Assembly (NCBI GenBank): GCA_964400245.1
Contig: CAYNUV010000001.1
Span: 1-33,653, forward strand
DNA length: 33,653 nt
DNA from: an uncultured Ignavibacteriaceae bacterium
GTDB lineage: Bacteria > Bacteroidota > Ignavibacteria > Ignavibacteriales > Ignavibacteriaceae
Direction: 5' to 3'
Shown: positions 29,040 through 33,653 of the stretch, piece by piece
How the letters are laid out: the number at the start of each line of letters is the position of its first letter
Position numbering within the stretch: position 1 is the first letter of the stretch
The notes under the pieces: model-generated
What the model was told of the DNA's origin: nothing
What the model saw: only the letters and a program-made list of their open reading frames with translations
The model's database searches: none
Translations under genes and position numbers: made by a program

Positions 29040-31154
29040 TTAAATTTTTACATCCTGATATATTTCTTTTTCACGAAACGCTTTTGCTGATGCCAGAAAA
29101 CTCTTAGCCTGATTTAAATACTTCTCTGCAAATTCTTTTGTAGGCTCATTTTGATTTATCTGCAGAACGGTATCTTTAAAATTACTTTCAACAGAAAAAA
29201 TCAATTCGTTATTAAAGTGATCATTGAATTCATTTATAATTCCATTTTGTGTTGTAGGACTAACATCTTTAGTAAGCAGCAATGCTTTTGCAGCCCAAAC
29301 AAAGGTTGAGTAGCTATGATAGATTGAATCAGCAAAAACATTATTATCAAAAGCTTCAACTGCCCAACCTAATTTCTCTTCAGCTTCATAAAGAAGAGTT
29401 GCAACAAGATCAATTATAACTCCTGCGCATTCACCGATTCCAACTGCTGTATTAAATTCTGAAGTGCTGCCCCAGTCTATATAATCTATGGCCTGGAGTG
29501 TTGATAAATTTGTTAGTGGTTTTAATAATTGGTAAAAATAATTTTTACCCCGGCGGTCATAATAACTATTAAAGTATTCGCCTTCCAATGAATTATTCTC
29601 ATAATCATTTAGAAGTATTCTCAATGCATTCGGAACTTTCCTGCTTGGAATTTTTATCACCCTTTCAGAAAATCTTCCTTCACCATTTCCGTAAGAACCA
29701 CCCCCAAGTAATAATTGTAGAGCAGGCAAAACTTTTCCGGCAGTTTTAATTGAGCTGCCATGAAAACCAATGTTTGCAATTCCATGCTGTCCGCAGGAAT
29801 TCATGCAGCCGCTTATTTTAATTTTAATATCATTGTTGAAAATTAAATCGGGAAATTCCTCTTTCATTACTCTTTCAAGTTCAACAGAGATTGAAGTGCT
29901 GTCTGAGATTCCAAGATTGCATGTATCTGTTCCAGGGCAGGCAGTTATATCAATTGTACTGTCAAACCCGAAATCAGCCAGGTTTAATTTTTTTAATTCA
30001 TTATAAAAAAGAGGGAGAGCATCTTCCCTGATAAATTTTAATACTAATCCCTGGTTCACTGTTATTCTTATATCATCTGCGGCATAAGCCATTACAATTG
30101 GAGCTAATTTTCTTACTGTTTCAGAACTCAGGTTGCCGAGAAGAACTTTAACACGAATTGCATAAAATCCTTTTTGCTTCTGTTCAAATACATTTGTCTT
30201 CAGCCATTTTTGATAGTCATTGATGTCGGTGATTTCAGTATCTGGAATAATTGAATATTCAGGAAGTTCAGGTTCAGGTAAAATATTTCTATCAATCTTG
30301 TATGATTTTGATTTAAGAGCTAAACGTTCTTCCTCAACAAGTTTGATAAATTCATCGTAACCAATTTTGTTAATTAAGAATTTTAACCGTGCCCTGTTCC
30401 TGTTGGTTCTTTCGCCAAGCCTGTCAAACAAACGGACAACTCCTTCCATAAAAATAAGAAGCGAATCTTCCGGTAAAAATTCGTGAGCCAACTTTGCAAG
30501 AAATGGTTGTGCACCAAGACCGCCTCCCAGGACAACTTTAAAGCCCCGCACCTCCTTACCGCTTTCATACTTTATTTTTGGGATAAGCCCGATGTCGTGT
30601 ATAAAAGCGTAAGCAGTATCATCATCACTAGATGAAAAAGCAATTTTAAATTTTCTTCCTAGTTCCTGGCAGATAGGATTTCTTAGAAAGAACATAAAAG
30701 TTTCATAAGCATAAGGAGAAACATCAAACGGTTCCTTCGGATCAATTCCTGCAATTGATGAAGCAGTTACATTCCTTACTGTATTGCCGCAGGCTTCCCT
30801 TAATGTAATGTCATCTTCTGCGAGTTTAGCCCAAAGCTCCGGAGTTTTATCAAGACTAACGAAATGAACCTGGATATCCTGCCTCGTTGTAAGATGAAGC
30901 ATACCTATTGAGTACTCGTCCGAAATGTCTGCTATTTTCAAAAACTGTTTTGTGGTGAGTTTACCAAAAGGAAGTTTAATCCTTACCATCTGAACACCGA
31001 ACTGACGCTGTCCATACACACCTCTGACTAAACGTAAGCTTCTGAATTTCTCGTCATCTATTTTACCATCGCGGTAAAGTTTAATTTTTTTCTCAAGGTC
31101 AATTATTTCTTTTTGAACGACCGGGTTTTCTAATTCAGTTCTAAAGCTTAACAT
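29040..31154 (-). CDS. sir: Assimilatory sulfite reductase hemoprotein (ferredoxin-type nitrite/sulfite reductase family) with a roughly 150-aa C-terminal extension
   Basis: Siroheme/4Fe-4S ligand motifs ACPGTDTCNLG and SGCMNSCGQHG, a duplicated NIR_SIR ferredoxin-like half, and first position in an operon with siroheme and cysHDN genes. Confidence 0.88.
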   Translation of the reverse strand: MLSFRTELENPVVQKEIIDLEKKIKLYRDGKIDDEKFRSLRLVRGVYGQRQFGVQMVRIKLPFGKLTTKQFLKIADISDEYSIGMLHLTTRQDIQVHFVSLDKTPELWAKLAEDDITLREACGNTVRNVTASSIAGIDPKEPFDVSPYAYETFMFFLRNPICQELGRKFKIAFSSSDDDTAYAFIHDIGLIPKIKYESGKEVRGFKVVLGGGLGAQPFLAKLAHEFLPEDSLLIFMEGVVRLFDRLGERTNRNRARLKFLINKIGYDEFIKLVEEERLALKSKSYKIDRNILPEPELPEYSIIPDTEITDINDYQKWLKTNVFEQKQKGFYAIRVKVLLGNLSSETVRKLAPIVMAYAADDIRITVNQGLVLKFIREDALPLFYNELKKLNLADFGFDSTIDITACPGTDTCNLGISDSTSISVELERVMKEEFPDLIFNNDIKIKISGCMNSCGQHGIANIGFHGSSIKTAGKVLPALQLLLGGGSYGNGEGRFSERVIKIPSRKVPNALRILLNDYENNSLEGEYFNSYYDRRGKNYFYQLLKPLTNLSTLQAIDYIDWGSTSEFNTAVGIGECAGVIIDLVATLLYEAEEKLGWAVEAFDNNVFADSIYHSYSTFVWAAKALLLTKDVSPTTQNGIINEFNDHFNNELIFSVESNFKDTVLQINQNEPTKEFAEKYLNQAKSFLASAKAFREKEIYQDVKI

Positions 31155-31176
31155 ATCTTTTTAATTTTTAGTTTGT

Positions 31177-31209
31177 AAAACAAAAAAGCCTTTCCGTTTG
31201 GAAAGGCTT
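31177..31209 (-). terminator. Attenuator terminator 2, immediately upstream of the sir ATG
   Basis: Minus-strand AAGCCUUUCC-aaac-GGAAAGGCUU followed by UUUUGUUUU. It ends about 22 nt before the sir start codon, so it can only act as a regulatory (leader) terminator. Confidence 0.7.
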
Positions 31210-31233
31210 GATTGATGTTTATGATAAAATGAT

Positions 31234-31305
31234 TCAATAACCATCAGGCAAGCCTTTGCAATTACACATACAACACATTATCACATTTCTGAAATTGTTA
31301 TTCAT
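31234..31305 (-). CDS. Candidate leader peptide 2 (23 aa, MNNNFRNVIMCCMCNCKGLPDGY)
   Basis: ATG preceded by AAGGAAAG. 4 Cys and 3 Met in 23 codons. Codons 17-19 (AAAGGCUUG) are complementary to the 5' arm of terminator 2. Confidence 0.6.
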   Translation of the reverse strand: MNNNFRNVIMCCMCNCKGLPDGY

Positions 31306-31327
31306 TACTTTCCTTTATTGATTTACT

Positions 31328-31365
31328 AAAAACAAAAAAGGTCTTCCAGCTTATGCTGAAAGACC
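31328..31365 (-). terminator. Attenuator terminator 1
   Basis: Minus-strand GGUCUUUCAGC-auaa-GCUGGAAGACC (one mismatch or wobble) followed by UUUUUUGUUUUU. Located between the two mini-ORFs. Confidence 0.7.
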
Positions 31366-31402
31366 TCTCTTAAACTTTATTATTTTATTTCTTAAAAGTC
31401 TT

Positions 31403-31480
31403 TCAACATATTAAATAACACATACAGCAGCACATCATTACGCTGTCTTTTGTGTTTAATATGTTTAGACTTTTTTTCAT
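31403..31480 (-). CDS. Candidate leader peptide 1 (25 aa, MKKSLNILNTKDSVMMCCCMCYLIC)
   Basis: 5 Cys and 4 Met in 25 codons. The stop-codon region UGAAAGAC is complementary to the 5' arm of terminator 1. Its 5' part (AAGUCUAAACAUAUUAAACACA) can pair with the 3' part (UGUGUUAUUUAAUAUGUUGAAAGACUU). The SD is weak. Confidence 0.55.
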   Translation of the reverse strand: MKKSLNILNTKDSVMMCCCMCYLIC

Positions 31481-31521
31481 TCGCTTAAATTATTCGATTA
31501 TCCTTGAAATATCTGAAAGAG

Positions 31522-31549
31522 AATATAGCAAATATTTGTTAGAATGCAA
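31522..31549 (-). promoter_or_regulatory. Possible sigma-70-like promoter of the sulfur operon leader
   Basis: Minus-strand TTGCAT-N16-TATATT, about 40 nt upstream of leader ORF 1. By eye only; promoter consensus in this lineage is uncertain. Confidence 0.3.
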
Positions 31550-31641
31550 GGAATTATTTAGCTTCTTATAAAGAAAAACTTTTCATGAAGAATAATTATT
31601 CACAAATTTAGTTAAGGATAAAAAATTAAAAGGAGGAATTA

Positions 31642-32288
31642 ATGAAAGTAGGGATTCTTGGTTCTGGTTTGGTTGCTCAGGCACTCGGCCTTGGTTTTAT
31701 AAAGGAAGGTTATGAAGTAAAGCTTGGTACAAGAGAGATAAATCGAAACTGAATGAACGGTTAAAAAAAGCCGACAGTAAAGCTTCATCGGGGAGTTTTG
31801 AAGAAGCCGCCAAGTTTGGTGAAGAGATTGTCCTGGCGACAAAAGGCTCTGCAGCAGAAACAGTGATTGAATCTGCCGGGAAAAATAACTTAGCTGGTAA
31901 GATTATAATTGATACGACTAACCCGATTAGTGATGAACCAATTGCTAACGGTGTTCTTCATTATTTTACTTCTCTGGAAGAATCATTAATGGAGCGTTTG
32001 CAGAAATCTGTGCCTGATGCAAAGTTTGTAAAAGCATTTAGCTGTGCAGGCAATGCATTCATGTACAAACCGCAATTCAAAGATGGAATGCCAACAATGT
32101 TTATCTGCGGCAATGATGAGAATGCAAAAAAAAGAGTGACTGATATTCTTTTATCTTTTGGATGGGAAGTTGAGGACATGGGCAAAGCTGAAGCAGCAAG
32201 AGCCATCGAGCCGTTGTGCATATTATGGTGCATAAATGGATTTCTTAAAAATGAATGGAGTCATGCATTTAAACTGTTGAAGAAATAA
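31642..32288 (+). pseudogene. NADP oxidoreductase, coenzyme-F420-dependent-type (NADPH-dependent F420 reductase-like / P5CR-like Rossmann protein), frame broken once as sequenced
   Basis: AGGAGG RBS plus ATG 31642 gives MKVGILGSGLVAQALGLGFIKEGYEVKLGTREINRN*. The frame of ORF 31863..32288 is open upstream from 31746 (KLNERLKKADSKASSGSFEEAAKFGEEIVLATKGSAAETVIESAGKNNLAGKIIIDTTNP...). Joined length is about 216 aa, typical of the family. Confidence 0.8.
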
Positions 32289-32318
32289 AGAAATATCTTT
32301 TAGAAAAAAAATTTTGTT

Positions 32319-32342
32319 AAGCAGGATTCTGCTTTTATCTTT
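32319..32342 (+). terminator. Weak candidate terminator after the oxidoreductase gene
   Basis: AAGCAG-gatt-CTGCTT followed by TTATCTTTT. The stem is only 6 bp. Confidence 0.3.
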
Positions 32343-32493
32343 TAAAAAAGGCTGGATTCATAAATTGTTTTTGAATTATTGATGAGTAAAAATGTCAGTT
32401 TAGTTGTGATAAATCAAGATAAAATTATTTTTATAATTACAAGCAAAATCTTCGTAATACAGATTAGTAATCTGTGCCACTATTTGCTTACCC

Positions 32494-32645
32494 AGTAGTG
32501 ACCTAATTTCATAAAAATTGTCACTCTGAATTCATTTCAGGGTCTTTAAGCTTCAGATTCTGAAATAAAACCTGTCCTAACGACAGGTCAGGATTCAGAA
32601 TGACATTATAAGTTTGTTGTATAAAAATAAAATTAGGACCCTACT
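32494..32645. mobile_element. MITE-like 152-bp element with terminal inverted repeats and an 8-bp direct-repeat flank
   Basis: Left end AGTAGTGACCTAATTT versus right end AAATTAGGACCCTACT (14 of 16 complementary). Flanked on both sides by GCTTACCC (32486-32493 and 32646-32653). An inner inverted repeat GTCACTCTGAAT / ATTCAGAATGAC and the hairpin ACCTGTC-ctaac-GACAGGT are present. No coding capacity. Confidence 0.5.
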
Positions 32646-32737
32646 GCTTACCCGATTGACACCTCAATTAATATTATTTAAGTTCCTTAACTAATTACCT
32701 TCCATCTTCATAGTTATATTATAAAGGAGTACAAACT

Positions 32738-33148
32738 ATGTCCGCTGTTGAAATAAATTATCTTGCCGTTTTTGTCTCTGCAGTATTAATGTTTCTTCTG
32801 GGGGGATTGTGGTATTCACCCATTCTTTTTGCCAAACCGTGGATGTCTGTTATTAATAAAACTGAAGAAGAACTTAAGAAAGACGCAAAGCCCACAAATT
32901 ACCTGGTTGCTTTTCTGCAAGGTCTTATTTCTTCTTATGTACTTGCTATTTTTGTTTACTGGGCTAGCGCTGCAACATTTGGAACCGGTGCATGGATTGG
33001 TTTTATGTGCTGGTTTGGATTCGCAGGATCAACTTCTCTTGTTCATGGTATTTTTGCAGGAAGGCACTCAAAGCTCTGGATGATTGATTCGGGCTATACT
33101 CTTGTTTCCTTTATTGCGGCTGGGATTATTTTGGCTCTCTGGAAATAG
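32738..33148 (+). CDS. DUF1761 family membrane protein
   Basis: AAGGAG RBS. The N-terminus INYLAVFVSAVLMFLLGGLWYSPILFAKPW is typical of DUF1761. Four TM helices. Confidence 0.8.
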   Translation: MSAVEINYLAVFVSAVLMFLLGGLWYSPILFAKPWMSVINKTEEELKKDAKPTNYLVAFLQGLISSYVLAIFVYWASAATFGTGAWIGFMCWFGFAGSTSLVHGIFAGRHSKLWMIDSGYTLVSFIAAGIILALWK

Positions 33149-33181
33149 AATAATAATATTTTAATAAAATAAGGATTCAAT

Positions 33182-33653
33182 ATGAAATTCAATTTTTTAA
33201 TCATGTTAATTCTTTCAGCTTCAATTTTCTTTTCGTGCGAACAGAAGAGAGAGATTAAACAATACGCAATTGATGACTTTTATAAGAACAAACAAATTTC
33301 CGGAGGTTCGTTCTCACCTGATGAATCTCGCCTGCTTGTAACAAGTAATGAATCAGGAATATATAATGTTTATGAGATTTCAATTGCCGATGGTAAACAG
33401 CACCAGATAACTAACTCCACGGTTGAGTCTTTCTTTGCTGTTGACTACGTTCCTTCAACAGGTGATATTATTTATTTTGCAGATAAAGGCGGGAATGAAA
33501 TTGATCATCTTTATCTTCTAACCAAAGATGGTTCTGTTAAAGACCTTACACCCGACTCTCTTGAGAAAGCAATTTTTTCAGACTGGTCGCTTGATAAAAA
33601 TTCTTTCTTCTATCTTTCAAACAAACGCGATCCTAAATTCTTTGATCTTTATA
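33182..33653 (+). CDS. S9-family (prolyl oligopeptidase/DPP-like) peptidase, N-terminal beta-propeller part; runs off the window
   Basis: Not in the ORF track because there is no stop in the window. AAGGA RBS, signal/lipobox IFFSC, then ISGGSFSPDESRLLVTSNESGIYNVYEISIADGKQHQITNS...DHLYLL, typical of the TolB-like propeller of S9 peptidases. Confidence 0.65.
   Translation, partial: MKFNFLIMLILSASIFFSCEQKREIKQYAIDDFYKNKQISGGSFSPDESRLLVTSNESGIYNVYEISIADGKQHQITNSTVESFFAVDYVPSTGDIIYFADKGGNEIDHLYLLTKDGSVKDLTPDSLEKAIFSDWSLDKNSFFYLSNKRDPKFFDLY

Noticed and set aside
31155-31641. Possibility that the sulfur-operon leader is a SAM (S-box/SAM-II) or other riboswitch, or tandem riboswitches.
   Set aside because: I could not find the GC-rich four-way junction and conserved core stretches of SAM-I, or a SAM-II-like pseudoknot. 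The region is very AT-rich. Each terminator is instead preceded by a short translatable ORF with a Cys/Met codon cluster, which fits ribosome-mediated attenuation better. A covariance-model scan would be decisive.
31639-31842. 67-aa minus-strand ORF.
   Set aside because: It is antisense to the N-terminal, frameshifted part of the F420-type oxidoreductase, which has a perfect RBS and a Rossmann motif on the plus strand.
32829-33083. 84-aa ORF in an alternative plus frame inside the DUF1761 gene.
   Set aside because: It overlaps a frame with the DUF1761 N-terminal signature and regular TM helices, and has no independent start signals.
1-33653. Scan for tRNA/rRNA genes, CRISPR arrays, integrases, transposases, toxin-antitoxin pairs or defence-system genes.
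   Set aside because: I saw no T-loop/acceptor-like tRNA signatures, no regularly spaced repeats, and no ORF with recombinase, nuclease/helicase or defence-type motifs. Apart from the MITE-like element, the window looks like core chromosome.

Overview
Low-GC (about one-third G+C by eye) chromosomal window. The T9SS-type C-terminal sorting domain, many lipoproteins and DUF2723/GT9 envelope genes suggest an FCB-group bacterium (Bacteroidota/Ignavibacteriota-like); this is inference. Content, left to right: the end of a sulfate ABC importer (cysW', cysA); a large S8 peptidase with a T9SS sorting domain; a PAP2 phosphatase; four minus-strand genes for exported or outer-membrane proteins of unknown function; mscL; a pseudouridine synthase; a DUF2723 GT-C glycosyltransferase plus a GT9 glycosyltransferase; a LOG/TIGR00725-like protein; lhgO; a serine-hydrolase remnant; an exported MsrA; an lipoprotein/coiled-coil/DUF2807 group; and a roughly 9 kb minus-strand assimilatory sulfate-reduction operon (sir, cobA, sirC-TSUP fusion, metZ/Y-like, cysH, cysD, cysN, osmC-like). 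The window ends with an F420-type NADP oxidoreductase, a MITE-like element, a DUF1761 protein and the start of an S9 peptidase. The most interesting signal is in the 487-nt leader of the sulfur operon. It holds two tandem, paralogous mini-ORFs packed with Cys and Met codons (MKKSLNILNTKDSVMMCCCMCYLIC and MNNNFRNVIMCCMCNCKGLPDGY). Each is followed by an intrinsic terminator whose 5' arm can instead pair with sequence at or just after the Cys codons. This looks like a duplicated ribosome-mediated Cys/Met attenuator. A second theme is that at least four otherwise intact genes are broken by single-base deletions in short homopolymers. That pattern points to assembly error rather than real decay. 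No rRNA, tRNA or CRISPR array was recognised.
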